A stretch of DNA of 64,000 nucleotides from an uncultured cyanobacterium. Its GTDB lineage: Bacteria > Cyanobacteriota > Cyanobacteriia > Cyanobacteriales > Cyanobacteriaceae. The notes beneath the pieces were generated by a model. That model was not told the origin of the DNA, made no database searches, and saw nothing but the letters and a program-made list of their open reading frames with translations. Both the position numbers and the translations under genes were made by a program. Below are positions 32,561 to 44,452 of this stretch, in pieces (position 1 is the first letter of the stretch; every line of letters begins with the position of its first letter). The DNA lies in NCBI GenBank assembly GCA_963749915.1, contig CAVVOP010000008.1, positions 64,001 through 128,000 on the forward strand, read 5' to 3'.

Positions 32561-34486
32561 TCACTTAGTTGCTAATTTACCGGTGTGTAGCCATTCTGAT
32601 AAATCTTCTGGAGCTTGAACCTGATCAAGTTGCTCTTTCAGTTCTTCTCCTTCCAGAATTTCCCTTTGTAATAAAATTGCCGCTGCACTGATTAATAAAT
32701 CTCGATTCTGTAGCAGAATTTTCTGGGCCATTTCATGAGCCGTATCGATAATTTCTTTAACTTGCAAATCAATTTCCTCAGCGACTTTAGGACTAACAGA
32801 GCGGCGAGGATTCATATAACCTTCTAAAAATTGTTGCTGTACTTTTTCAAAAGCAATTGGTCCGAGAACATGACTCATACCATATATCGTCACAGCTCGT
32901 TCGGCAAAATCCGTTGCTTTCTGGATATCGTCACTCGCACCAGTAGAAACTTCACCAAAGATGATTTCTTCCGCTGAACGTCCTCCCAAAAGAGTGGCAA
33001 TACGACCACGAATTTCACTTTCAATCATTAAAAAGCGGTCTTCTTCTGGTAGTTGTAAAGTATAGCCCAAAGCACCTACTCCACGGGGAACAATAGAGAT
33101 TTTTTCTACTTTTCCGGCTCCGGGCATTAATGCTCCGACGATGGCATGACCCATTTCGTGATGAGCGACGGTTTTCTTTTCCAGCTCGTTAAGAATACGG
33201 GATTTTTTCTCTAAACCGGCTACCACTCGTTCGATGGCTTCGTTAAAATCTGACATCGTTACAGAATCTTTATTCTGACGAGCGGCCAACAGTGCCGCTT
33301 CATTAATGAGATTGGCAAGATCTGCTCCGGCAAAACCAGGAGTACGAACGGCAATTTTACCTAAATCTACATCGGCATCGAGTTTAACATTTCTCACATG
33401 AACTTGAAGAATCGCTTCTCGACCAATTTTATCAGGACGATCGACTGCAATTTGACGGTCAAAACGACCCGGACGAAGCAAAGCAGGGTCTAGCACCTCT
33501 GGACGGTTAGTGGCAGATAAAATAATCACTCCGCTATTAGCATTAAATCCATCCATTTCTGAGAGTAACTGGTTTAAAGTTTGTTCCCGTTCATCATTAC
33601 CACCGATAAACCCTCCAGTTCCCCCCCTGGATTTACCTAAAGCATCCAATTCATCAATAAAAACTATACAGGGGGCCTTCACCTTTGCTTGCTCAAATAA
33701 GTCCCTTACCCTTGCGGCTCCTATGCCGACGAATAGTTCGATAAATTCTGAACCGGAGATACTAAAAAAAGGAACTCCTGCTTCTCCAGCGATCGCTTTG
33801 GCCAGAAGAGTTTTTCCCGTTCCTGGAGGTCCTACTAATAATACGCCTTTGGGAATTTTCGCTCCCAAACGCACGTAGCGCTCGGCATTTTTCAGAAAAT
33901 CAACAATTTCTTCCAATTCTGTTTTGGCTTCATCTATTCCTGCCACGTCTTTAAAGGTAACTCCTGTATCTCCTTCTGAATAAATACGAGCTTTACTTTT
34001 ACCTACCATCAAGGCATCAGGAGCGGCACCTTGGGAACGACTAATTAACCAGATCCAAATACCAAAGAAGATTAAAGGTGGTGCTATCCAACCTAATAGC
34101 GTACCTAGCCAACCGTAGGGATTGGGTGGGGGAGAACCAAACTCAACATTATTTTCTCGAAGTATCTTGGGTAAATCTAAATCTAAAGCTACTGGGACTG
34201 TTACATATACTGGAGGGGTTTGACCTTTGATTTTAGTATCTTTAAGGAAATATTCAATCCTTTCAGAAGTAATAATGGCACGTTCAACTTTACCGGCTTC
34301 TACCAGGTTAATAAATTCACTGTAAGGAGTTTCTGTGGGGCGAGGACTAAATAAAGGAAGAATGACTAAATTAAATAGTAGTAAAATTGTAAGTAGTAAA
34401 ATAAAGCTATCACCAAACTGTTTTGGTTGTGGCGTTTTTGCTGAACGATTTGTTTCTGTTTCTAAAGGCATAATAATAACTCTCAA
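32561..34486 (-). CDS. ftsH: ATP-dependent zinc metalloprotease FtsH (FtsH4-like)
   Basis: [26 protein letters not shown]. Confidence 0.95.
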   Translation of the reverse strand: MRVIIMPLETETNRSAKTPQPKQFGDSFILLLTILLLFNLVILPLFSPRPTETPYSEFINLVEAGKVERAIITSERIEYFLKDTKIKGQTPPVYVTVPVALDLDLPKILRENNVEFGSPPPNPYGWLGTLLGWIAPPLIFFGIWIWLISRSQGAAPDALMVGKSKARIYSEGDTGVTFKDVAGIDEAKTELEEIVDFLKNAERYVRLGAKIPKGVLLVGPPGTGKTLLAKAIAGEAGVPFFSISGSEFIELFVGIGAARVRDLFEQAKVKAPCIVFIDELDALGKSRGGTGGFIGGNDEREQTLNQLLSEMDGFNANSGVIILSATNRPEVLDPALLRPGRFDRQIAVDRPDKIGREAILQVHVRNVKLDADVDLGKIAVRTPGFAGADLANLINEAALLAARQNKDSVTMSDFNEAIERVVAGLEKKSRILNELEKKTVAHHEMGHAIVGALMPGAGKVEKISIVPRGVGALGYTLQLPEEDRFLMIESEIRGRIATLLGGRSAEEIIFGEVSTGASDDIQKATDFAERAVTIYGMSHVLGPIAFEKVQQQFLEGYMNPRRSVSPKVAEEIDLQVKEIIDTAHEMAQKILLQNRDLLISAAAILLQREILEGEELKEQLDQVQAPEDLSEWLHTGKLATK

Positions 34487-34676
34487 CAGTAGTTAAAAAC
34501 TGCTTATATTTTCCATTGTTATCGAAAAATCCTGAGATTTGCCTTTGTATTAACTTAGCTTAATAATTTAATGAATTATTTGAGGCAAATTTAAAATTTA
34601 GAATTTAGAAAAGATAATTACAACTATGCTGTCTTATTTTTTGATTTTTTAGACCTCGATTATTGAAAAGCCCATT

Positions 34677-35558
34677 TTATGGGGGAATAACACACCTAAT
34701 GCCGTGTTTTTTTCCTTGATTATCTCCTTGATAACGAGGGATTAAATGAATATGAGTATGTTTTACTTTTTGCCCACCCGCTGGATGAATATTAAAACCA
34801 ATATTAAAACCATCAGGGTTATATTTTTGAGTGATAATTTTTTGCACTTCATTTACCATTTGCCAACAATTATTCTGTTGTTGAAATGATAAATCAAAGT
34901 AGTTTTCGATGTGAGTTTTTGGAATAACTAAACTATGACCTTTAGTGAGGGGATAACCGTCTAAAATACTATAAGCTGAAACGGATTCTGTGAGTAAAGT
35001 CAAGTTTGGGTAAGGATTACAGAATATACAGCGATTAGTGTTGTTTTTTTGTTGATTATAATGTTTATATTCATAAATTTCGCAAAATTCGTCTAAATAA
35101 ATGGATTTAAAGGGTAGTTTTACTAAGCATTGATAAGTCAGTTTTTTATGAATATAATGTCTCCGAAATCCCTCGGTTTTTAAATCCCTCCTCACGGCAA
35201 AATAAGCCTTCCCCGTTGGTTTCAGGAGTTGGGATATTGCCATAATTGCTGATTCTTGTGACTCGCGAAAAAGTACATTGAGAACATAAAAACAGCAAAT
35301 AGTATCAAATTTTTGTTGGGGATATGTGGGAAAATAATAAGGATCATACCCTTCTATTTTAATGTTTTGTGATCGATCAGTGCTGAGGGTCAGAAGTGAT
35401 CGTAAAATTTCTACATCTTTACCGTAACCACAACCAAAATCGAGAATATCGCCTTTTAAGAGTTTATTTTTAAGCAAATATCTGGCAGGAAAGGACAATT
35501 TTTCTCTTTCTATGGCTGTTAAATGAGCATATTTATTTTCTAGCTGATTTTCTCTCAT
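34677..35558 (-). CDS. Class I SAM methyltransferase-HIT hydrolase fusion
   Basis: LDFGCGYG; CIFC..., HTHIHLIPR histidine triad. Confidence 0.87.
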   Translation of the reverse strand: MRENQLENKYAHLTAIEREKLSFPARYLLKNKLLKGDILDFGCGYGKDVEILRSLLTLSTDRSQNIKIEGYDPYYFPTYPQQKFDTICCFYVLNVLFRESQESAIMAISQLLKPTGKAYFAVRRDLKTEGFRRHYIHKKLTYQCLVKLPFKSIYLDEFCEIYEYKHYNQQKNNTNRCIFCNPYPNLTLLTESVSAYSILDGYPLTKGHSLVIPKTHIENYFDLSFQQQNNCWQMVNEVQKIITQKYNPDGFNIGFNIHPAGGQKVKHTHIHLIPRYQGDNQGKKHGIRCVIPP

Positions 35559-35576
35559 TTTTAACTAAATTCTCAA

Positions 35577-36371
35577 TTATTTTCTAACAAATCTCAGGGT
35601 TTCCATAGATTGAGATGTTAAAAATAAGCCTAAAACTATATAAGTAAAAAAGACCATTAAATTACTACTTTCAAAAATACCCATAACAAAACTTTCGTAA
35701 GTTTTTAAGAGAGAAAAATGGGCGATAATTTCACCTATTTGTCCGCCCAAAAGATTTCCTATACCATCTAAAACTGAAAGAAAAATGACGAGAGTAAATG
35801 TCATAATAGCAGAAAAAATTGTACTGTCTGTCAAGGAAGAAATAAACATCCCTAAAGATAAAATTGAAGCCGCCATTAAAATTAAACCGACATGGGCTAG
35901 GATTATTACCTGAGGTTTGACAGGAGGAGTTGCACCCTGGAAAGCGATCGCTTCATAGAGTAAGATAGGCATAATCATAGTTATAAAAAATAAGACTACT
36001 CCTAATAATTTACCCAGTGCTACCACCCAATTAAAAACAGGAGAAGTTGCTAGTAATTCTATAGTACCTCTTTTGCGTTCTTCGGCATATAAACCCATAG
36101 ATAAAATCGGTAAAATAAAGATAGTTAATGAACCAATTATGCTGAAAAATATTTGCATAAATTCATAAACTACATCGATGGAAACTGGATTCCCCATCTG
36201 TTCTTGTATAACGACATTTTGAATTACTCCATCTTTACTTAAGAGAATAAAAACAAAAAATAACCCAGAAATTAACCAAAAAATTCCGGTAATACTAAAG
36301 GCTAAAGGGGATGTAAAATAGCCTTGCAATTCTTTCTGTAAAATAGCGATGATATTATTTATTATTCTCAT
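35577..36371 (-). CDS. ABC-2 transporter permease (GldF-like)
   Basis: KELQGYFTSP, EERKRGTIELL. Confidence 0.88.
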   Translation of the reverse strand: MRIINNIIAILQKELQGYFTSPLAFSITGIFWLISGLFFVFILLSKDGVIQNVVIQEQMGNPVSIDVVYEFMQIFFSIIGSLTIFILPILSMGLYAEERKRGTIELLATSPVFNWVVALGKLLGVVLFFITMIMPILLYEAIAFQGATPPVKPQVIILAHVGLILMAASILSLGMFISSLTDSTIFSAIMTFTLVIFLSVLDGIGNLLGGQIGEIIAHFSLLKTYESFVMGIFESSNLMVFFTYIVLGLFLTSQSMETLRFVRK

Positions 36372-36502
36372 TTTTATTATTTTTAATTATGGTTTACTAA
36401 AATTTTGGTATTGAAATCCAGATTTTTTAAGCATACATTACAATGATCTATTTCACTCCTATAAATGTAACCGTTCACACCCCCTCCATTCTTCAGCAAT
36501 TC

Positions 36503-36772
36503 TTATAATGTTGCTTCAATGTGATGTTTTAAATCAATTATTAATTCATCTACATGATCTCTGATAGTGCGATAAGTATTAATGAGTTCGCTATTAATAT
36601 CAACTAAAATCGCTTTTTGAGGCTGAAGAGAAAAGGAAAGTGCTCCACCTCCTACAAAAGGCTCAAAATATGGTTCATATTTGCCAGGTAAACGCTTTTG
36701 TATTTCAGGTAATAGCTGAGATTTTCCACCTACCCACTTTAAAAATGGCTTGACTCTAGTTTTTGACTGCAT
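36503..36772 (-). pseudogene. Truncated Dam-family DNA adenine methyltransferase
   Basis: PFLKWVGGK, YFEPFVGGGA, DINSELIN; ends before DPPY. Confidence 0.85.
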
Positions 36773-36854
36773 TTCTAGATTTCTTGCTTAAAAAATCTCA
36801 TTGTATCTTTCTGATCCGAATTTAGGCTTGCTGAATAAAGATAGAAAAACTATC

Positions 36855-36883
36855 TTGACGTAAGTTAATATTATATTTAAACT
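36855..36883 (+). promoter_or_regulatory. Putative sigma70 promoter of the N-ATPase remnant
   Basis: TTGACG-17 nt-TAAACT, 20 nt upstream of the atpD ATG. Confidence 0.5.
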
Positions 36884-36885
36884 AA

Positions 36886-38312
<1,427 letters not shown>

Positions 38313-38313
<1 letters not shown>

Positions 38314-38717
38314 TGAAACTTAAGGTTTTAGTTTGTACCCAAGTGTTTTTAGTGGCGACAGTAGAGCAAGTCAATGCAGAAGCTAAAGACGGAGCCTTTG
38401 GATTGCGAAAAGACCATATTGATTTCGTGACAGCACTAGTACCAGGGATTTTATCTTATCGCTCCAAAACGGGAGAAGAAGTTTTTATTGCCGTTGATGA
38501 AGGCATTTTGGTCAAGTGTGGGGCCGAGATACTGGTTTCCACAACAAGGGCGGTTAAAGATATAGACTTAAAGACGTTGCATCAAACTGTAGAACGAGAA
38601 TTTAGACAGTTAAATGAACAGCAAAAACTGGCCCGTAGGGCAGTGGCTAGGCTTGAGGCGGGTTTGGTGCGAGGCATATTAGGAATGGGGGGAGAAAGCC
38701 GTGAAACTACCTTATAA
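38313..38717 (+). CDS. atpC: N-type ATPase epsilon subunit
   Basis: HIDFVTALVPGIL, AVDEGILVKCG, ARLEAG. Confidence 0.88.
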
Positions 38718-39021
38718 ACCCAAGGGAAAACAATATCGGCAACGCCAGGAGAAATTTCATCGTCAGGTGAAAAATAAAGCCTCCCGTAAATTAAAAGCAC
38801 GACGAGAAGGCGATCGCACTATCTGGTACGGATTGGGAATGTTTGGCATCATTGGCTGGTCCGTTACCATTCCCACGCTGATGGGGATCGCTCTTGGTAT
38901 TTGGCTCGATTCGATCTTGGTCGATCCCTATTCCTGGACACTGATGATGTTATTTATTGGTGTGGTCATCGGTTGTCTAAATGCGTGGTATTGGATTGAA
39001 CGGGAGAGCCGAGATGATTGA
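38701..39021 (+). CDS. atpQ: N-ATPase AtpQ (AtpZ/AtpI family)
   Basis: GLGMFGIIGWSVTIPTLMG, GCLNAWYWI. Confidence 0.85.
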   Translation: MKLPYKPKGKQYRQRQEKFHRQVKNKASRKLKARREGDRTIWYGLGMFGIIGWSVTIPTLMGIALGIWLDSILVDPYSWTLMMLFIGVVIGCLNAWYWIERESRDD

Positions 39022-39177
39022 GGGGCAGGAGGCTGGGGTGTTTGTTGATTACGTAGATCATAATTCATTCTTTTAATTGATGAACAGAAAATTATGAGAT
39101 TATGGCGATCGCGCAGCGCCAGCCGGAGGCTGATCGCAAAATCTAAATCACAACAGTCGAGATCTTTAAAATTATGG

Positions 39178-39753
39178 CTAATTGCTAACTGCTTTCCACT
39201 CATCAAAATCCCTTTCAATAGCGTATTGAAAACTCTTAGAAACCAAAAAAATATTTTGTTTTGACTTAACAGACTGCGGAAACTTAACTTCGGCGTAAAT
39301 TTGAGTATCATCAAAATTCGGCTTACCGAGAATTATGTGATATTCTTCACCATTATTTAAAGTTAACCAGATTTGATTTTGAGATATATCTAAACCAAAC
39401 TCTTGTCGTTTATCTTCCGTTAAGGGAATTTCGACCTTATTTTCTGCTTGACTAAATAAATTTACTAAAAAAGACATTGCTGCATCACTGGCAATTATTT
39501 TTTGTGGTTGTGTCATTCGCCAAGGTTGACTATTATCTTCTGTCTTCTCAAAAGTAATTTTTTGCTCATTAACTTGAATAGTAATAGTCTTAATATCACT
39601 AGTGTTAAAGGGAAAAATTTTCTCCTTTTTGTCCTGGTTTTCCGCTTTCTTGGTAATATCGAAACCTTGATCTTTTATTTCCCGAAAAAAAACAAAGCCC
39701 GTTAAACATAGTGCTAAAATGACTAGAAATGTCGTGGTGCGGTTAAATTTCAT
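39178..39753 (-). CDS. DUF4340-like protein
   Basis: N-terminal TM, W.MTQP...A, EFGLD, ILGKPNFD..QIYA. Confidence 0.75.
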   Translation of the reverse strand: MKFNRTTTFLVILALCLTGFVFFREIKDQGFDITKKAENQDKKEKIFPFNTSDIKTITIQVNEQKITFEKTEDNSQPWRMTQPQKIIASDAAMSFLVNLFSQAENKVEIPLTEDKRQEFGLDISQNQIWLTLNNGEEYHIILGKPNFDDTQIYAEVKFPQSVKSKQNIFLVSKSFQYAIERDFDEWKAVSN

Positions 39754-39781
39754 CAGCGAAAAAACAAATTAAGGAGAAAAG

Positions 39782-39964
39782 AAAAAAGGCTCTCCCAGAG
39801 TGCAGCAATCCTACATCGGTCATGGTATTAGACTTCTTTTAGAAGTTAGAGAATAGGGAACAAAGGACAAAATTAACAATTTATTACCTCAAAATTGGTT
39901 TTTATTTTAATTTTTGGAAGTGTCTATTGTATCCTCTTAGACCCAGTTAATAAAGGGAGTAATA
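39782..39964 (-). ncRNA. Candidate sRNA interrupted by a MITE
   Basis: Extended -10 TGgTATTCT at 39970-39978; 5' CTCCC can pair with 3' GGGAG, followed by a U run. Confidence 0.4.
39830..39925. mobile_element. Degenerate AGAC...GTCT MITE
   Basis: ATT|AGACTTCTTTTAGAA ... TTTTGGAAGTGTCT|ATT. Confidence 0.55.
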
Positions 39965-40225
39965 TTTAAAGAATACCATAAATTTAATAGCATTTTTATG
40001 TAATTGTGCATCTTTTTCCGTAGTTTAACTATTTTCGTATTAATTTCACCTATACATTACATTTTGATCGACTTGTTAATAATTTTTGTGTTTTTTGTAA
40101 TATCATATAATTATTTTTATCCATCTACTTAAATTTGCTCTTATTCCCGACAAAGTCTAATAATAAGAGGATAATAGGTAATCAACAATAGTGTAAGTTT
40201 AATTGTTCATTGTTAATTATCAATC

Positions 40226-41842
40226 ATGGGTTTATCTCGCATTATCACCATTGTTGTCGGCTTAAGTGTCATTTTCGGGTTAATGCTATGGTTAATTAGT
40301 GCCTTATCCCGACTTTATAGCGAAATTGCATGGACTAGCCCATTTTTAGCCAATTTTTTGGTTTTTATCCTTATTGTCTTGCTGATTGGCTTTATAGCTA
40401 TCTTTATTTACTACTTAGGTATTCTTCCTCAGGGTAAATCTAGCGGTAAAGGTGCACGCCGTAAAATCTTACCCACCTTACCCGCTGAAAAAAATCAGAT
40501 TGCTTCTCAAACCATCAAAGCCGTTAAAAAGCAAGTCGCCCAAATTCAAGATGAAGTAACTCAAAAGGCATTATTAGCTAAATCTCGACAAATAGAGGCG
40601 AATTTAACCACAGGCATTTTGAAAATAGCGGTTTTTGGTACCGGTAGTGCCGGGAAAACTTCCCTCGTCAATGCTTTAATCGGGGAAATGGTGGGCACTG
40701 TTAAGGCAAGTATGGGAACAACCACAGAAGGGGTTACTTATAGCTTAAAACTCCCCCAAGCCAATCGAGAAATTTTGATTAGTGATACTCCGGGTATTTT
40801 GGAAGTAGGCGCACCCGGTCAAATTAGAGAAAAATTAGCACGACAATTAGCTACAGAAGCGGATTTATTACTATTCGTCTGTGATAATGACTTACGTGCC
40901 TCGGAATTCACCCCCTTAGAGGCTTTGGCTAGTATGGGGAAGCGATCGCTGTTAATCTTCAATAAGATAGACTTATATTCGGAACAAGAACAGGAGATAA
41001 TAATAGCTAATCTGCAAGAAAGAGTTAAAAATTTTATTGCCCCCATAGATGTCTTGAAAGCCTGTGCTAATCCTCAACCCGTGAAATTTTCTGAGGATGA
41101 AATCATACAGCCAGAAGTAGAAATAACCGCCGTCATCAAACGTTTAGCCAACCTTTGTCGTGCGGAAGGAGATGATTTATTAGCCGATAATATCCTTTTG
41201 CAATCCCAAAGGTTAGGGGAGGAAACGAGAAAATTAATTAGTCAACAACGTAGCCGAGAAGCCGATAAGATTATTGCTCGTTATCAGTGGATTGGTGGAG
41301 GAGTTATTGCTTGTACACCCCTGCCTGTGGTGGACATGTTAGCAACGGCAGCCGTGAATGCACAGATGGTGGTAGAAATTGGGCAGGTTTATGGCTGTGA
41401 TTTAAACAGTGAGACAGGAAGAGACTTAGCCTTATCCTTAGGCAAAACCCTCGTTAGCTTAGGAGTAGTTAAAGGTGCAGTAGAATTAGTAGCGAGGGCA
41501 CTGCAATTCACTGCGGCGACTTATGTGTTGGGGAAAGTGATTCAAGGCATCAGTGCGGCATATTTGACTAGAATTGCTGGTAAAAGTTTTGTGGAATATT
41601 TTAGCCATGATCAAGACTGGGGCGACGGTGGAATCACAGAAGTAGTTCAAAGACAATTTAAGTTAAGTCGCAAGGATGAATTTGTAAAATCCTTTGTTCA
41701 AGATGCTATTACCCGTGTTATTGAACCGATCAAAGATACTTTAGATAGTAATTTTGACGATGAAGTAGAGGAAAGTAACGAGATTTATTTTGATGAAAAC
41801 GACGACTGGAGTAATTCTAAATCTAAAGAGGAATGGGGTTAG
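40226..41842 (+). CDS. Membrane-anchored Era-like GTPase with DUF697/YcjF domain
   Basis: GTGSAGKTS, DTPG, NKID, PLPVVD. Confidence 0.88.
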   Translation: MGLSRIITIVVGLSVIFGLMLWLISALSRLYSEIAWTSPFLANFLVFILIVLLIGFIAIFIYYLGILPQGKSSGKGARRKILPTLPAEKNQIASQTIKAVKKQVAQIQDEVTQKALLAKSRQIEANLTTGILKIAVFGTGSAGKTSLVNALIGEMVGTVKASMGTTTEGVTYSLKLPQANREILISDTPGILEVGAPGQIREKLARQLATEADLLLFVCDNDLRASEFTPLEALASMGKRSLLIFNKIDLYSEQEQEIIIANLQERVKNFIAPIDVLKACANPQPVKFSEDEIIQPEVEITAVIKRLANLCRAEGDDLLADNILLQSQRLGEETRKLISQQRSREADKIIARYQWIGGGVIACTPLPVVDMLATAAVNAQMVVEIGQVYGCDLNSETGRDLALSLGKTLVSLGVVKGAVELVARALQFTAATYVLGKVIQGISAAYLTRIAGKSFVEYFSHDQDWGDGGITEVVQRQFKLSRKDEFVKSFVQDAITRVIEPIKDTLDSNFDDEVEESNEIYFDENDDWSNSKSKEEWG

Positions 41843-41978
41843 ATTTGATAAAAAAAGTGCAGCCAAACAAAGGTATTTTTTGAGTTTTTTGTTATGGTTT
41901 ATCAATGATTTTTTGTCTAAACCTTAATTGATCATGATATAATCGCTATACATTTATGATTTCATTCTCGGATCACTT

Positions 41979-42764
41979 ATGAAAATCTCTTCTTTTTGTA
42001 ACCGATTAAACAATCAAGCAGCAGTACTTTTAGCCACTTTGACTTTGACCTTGTCAACTAGTGGCGTTACACTGGCTCAAGAAAAACCGACAATCTCAGT
42101 TCCAGATTTTAAAAATGAAAGCACTTGGTGGTGGTGGAATACAACTACATCGAAGCAGTTGGCAGATGCCCTTAGTAACGAATTAACCTCCACGGGAAAA
42201 TTTGCCGTCGTTGAGCGACAAAAATTAGGGGAAGTCCTTTCAGAACAGGAATTGGCTGAATTAGGGTTAGTTCGTCCAGAAACAGCGGCCCAAAAAGGGC
42301 AACTAACTGGGGCTAAGTATATTATTCTTGGGAAGGTAACTTCTTATGAAGAAGGAGTTTCGAGTGAATCCACTGGGGGCAATTTTGGTCTTAATTTAGG
42401 TATTGTAAGTATCGGCAATAGTAAGCGTAAACAGCAACAACAGGCTTACATTGCCATTGATCTGCGGGTGGTGGATTCTACTACGGGAGAAGTTGTTTAT
42501 GCCCGTACTGTAGAAGGTCGTGCCACCAATGAAGCGGAAGGATCTTCCAATAATTTGGGTTTTTTAGGGGGTCTTGTGAGAACGGGAAATGAGAATCAGA
42601 AAACAAGTAAAGCTCCTGTGGGTAAAGCACTTCGAGCTGGGTTGATTGAAATAACGAATTATCTAAGCTGTGTCATGGTTGATCAAGGAACTTGTATGGC
42701 AGAATTTGAGGAAAAAGAGCAACTCCGTCGTAATAACACCCTAGATACTTTACAGTTAGAATAA
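41979..42764 (+). CDS. CsgG/HfaB family protein
   Basis: ISVPDFKN, FAVVERQKL..VLSEQ, IDLRVVDSTTGEV; signal peptide. Confidence 0.82.
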   Translation: MKISSFCNRLNNQAAVLLATLTLTLSTSGVTLAQEKPTISVPDFKNESTWWWWNTTTSKQLADALSNELTSTGKFAVVERQKLGEVLSEQELAELGLVRPETAAQKGQLTGAKYIILGKVTSYEEGVSSESTGGNFGLNLGIVSIGNSKRKQQQQAYIAIDLRVVDSTTGEVVYARTVEGRATNEAEGSSNNLGFLGGLVRTGNENQKTSKAPVGKALRAGLIEITNYLSCVMVDQGTCMAEFEEKEQLRRNNTLDTLQLE

Positions 42765-42937
42765 GTTTTAGCTTAGTACTATAAAGGAAAGGATGAACGG
42801 GCAAGTAACGAAGCGTTGTCGTAATGAATCAAATTCCAAATGATTCCTATATGTTATAAACATTTACGGATATATGATCCCTTAAAATATAAAGTTATAG
42901 AAAATAAAATATTATTTTTGTAATTTTTATAGATTAA

Positions 42938-44383
42938 TTGATTATGTTTGATGCTTTAGCTGAACGTTTGGAAGATACATGGAAAAAGTTACGAGGTCAG
43001 GGTAAAATTACTCCATCTAATATTCAAGATGCTCTACAAGAAGTTAGACGAGCTTTGTTGGCTGCAGATGTGAATTTTCAGGTGGTAAAGAGTTTTGTCG
43101 GCGAAGTGGAAAAAAATGCCCTTGGTGCGGAGGTTATTTCTGGGGTTAATCCACAACAACAGTTTATCAAGATTGTTTATGATCAGTTGGTAAAGGTGAT
43201 GGGGGAAAGTAATGTTCCTCTGACAAAGGCGGATACGTCGCCGACTGTTATCTTAATGGCTGGTTTACAAGGTGCGGGTAAAACTACAGCTACGGCGAAA
43301 TTGGCTTTATATTTGCAAAAACAGAAGCGTAGTTGTTTGATGGTGGCTACCGACGTTTATCGTCCGGCGGCGATCGATCAATTAATTACCTTGGGGAATC
43401 AAATCAAAATCCCGGTTTTTCAATTAGGAAAGGATGCGAATCCAGTAGAAATCGCCCGTCAAGGTATAGAGTCGGCAAAGGAAAAGGGCATTGATACGGT
43501 CATCGTCGATACCGCTGGTCGGTTACAGATTGATCAGGAGATGATGAGGGAGTTAGCCCAAATTAAGGAAGTTGTGCAACCCCATGAAATCTTGTTGGTT
43601 GTAGATTCCATGACGGGGCAAGAGGCGGCTAATGTCACTCGTACTTTCCATGAAGAAATTGGTATTACTGGGGCGATTTTGACGAAGATGGATGGTGATA
43701 GTCGTGGTGGTGCGGCGTTATCTGTAAGGACAATTTCGGGGCAGCCGATTAAGTTTATTGGGGTTGGGGAAAAAGTCGAGGCGTTAGAACCTTTTTATCC
43801 TGAGCGGATGGCTTCTCGTATTTTAAATATGGGTGATATTGTAACTTTGGTGGAGAAGGCTCAAGAGGAGTTAGATATTGCTGATGTGGAAAAAATGCAA
43901 GCTAAGATGATGGAGGCAAAGTTTGATTTTAATGATTTTATCAAACAAATGCGTCTGTTAAAGAATATGGGTTCTTTTGCAGGGGTGATGAAGTTAATTC
44001 CGGGGATGAATAAACTTGGTGCGGGGGCGTTAGAGCAGGGGGAAGCACAATTAAAACGCACGGAGTCGATGATTAATTCTATGACCAAGGAAGAAAAGGA
44101 AAATCCTCAGTTATTAGCTCAATCTCCGAGTCGTCGTCGTCGAGTAGCAAAAGGCTCAGGACGTCAAGAAAAGGAAGTTTCACGTTTGGTGAGCGATTTT
44201 ACTCGGATGCGTAAGATGATGCAACAAATGAGTCTTGGCGGTGGTTTACCCGATATGGGTGGTATGGGGGGAATGCCTGGTATGGGAGGATTATTTGGAG
44301 GTAATCGTCCGGGTTTTCGGAATGAGCCCCCGGCTAAAAAACCGAAAAAGGTTAAGAAAAAAAGGGGTTTTGCTGATTTGTAA
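42938..44383 (+). CDS. ffh: Signal recognition particle protein
   Basis: GLQGAGKTT, DTAGR, TKMDGD, Met-rich M domain. Confidence 0.97.
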   Translation: MIMFDALAERLEDTWKKLRGQGKITPSNIQDALQEVRRALLAADVNFQVVKSFVGEVEKNALGAEVISGVNPQQQFIKIVYDQLVKVMGESNVPLTKADTSPTVILMAGLQGAGKTTATAKLALYLQKQKRSCLMVATDVYRPAAIDQLITLGNQIKIPVFQLGKDANPVEIARQGIESAKEKGIDTVIVDTAGRLQIDQEMMRELAQIKEVVQPHEILLVVDSMTGQEAANVTRTFHEEIGITGAILTKMDGDSRGGAALSVRTISGQPIKFIGVGEKVEALEPFYPERMASRILNMGDIVTLVEKAQEELDIADVEKMQAKMMEAKFDFNDFIKQMRLLKNMGSFAGVMKLIPGMNKLGAGALEQGEAQLKRTESMINSMTKEEKENPQLLAQSPSRRRRVAKGSGRQEKEVSRLVSDFTRMRKMMQQMSLGGGLPDMGGMGGMPGMGGLFGGNRPGFRNEPPAKKPKKVKKKRGFADL

Positions 44384-44452
44384 GAATTTTAAATAACTTG
44401 CGACAATTATCAATTATTAATTATTAATTATTAATTATCAACTTAATGTTTT

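Noticed and set aside
33510..33878. Antisense ORFs within ftsH, amt1, ccsA, ycf48, gyrB, ffh and others
   Set aside because: Reverse-frame shadows of well-supported genes
38928..39314. 128-aa minus-strand ORF
   Set aside because: Overlaps atpQ antisense and the DUF4340 gene out of frame; no motif
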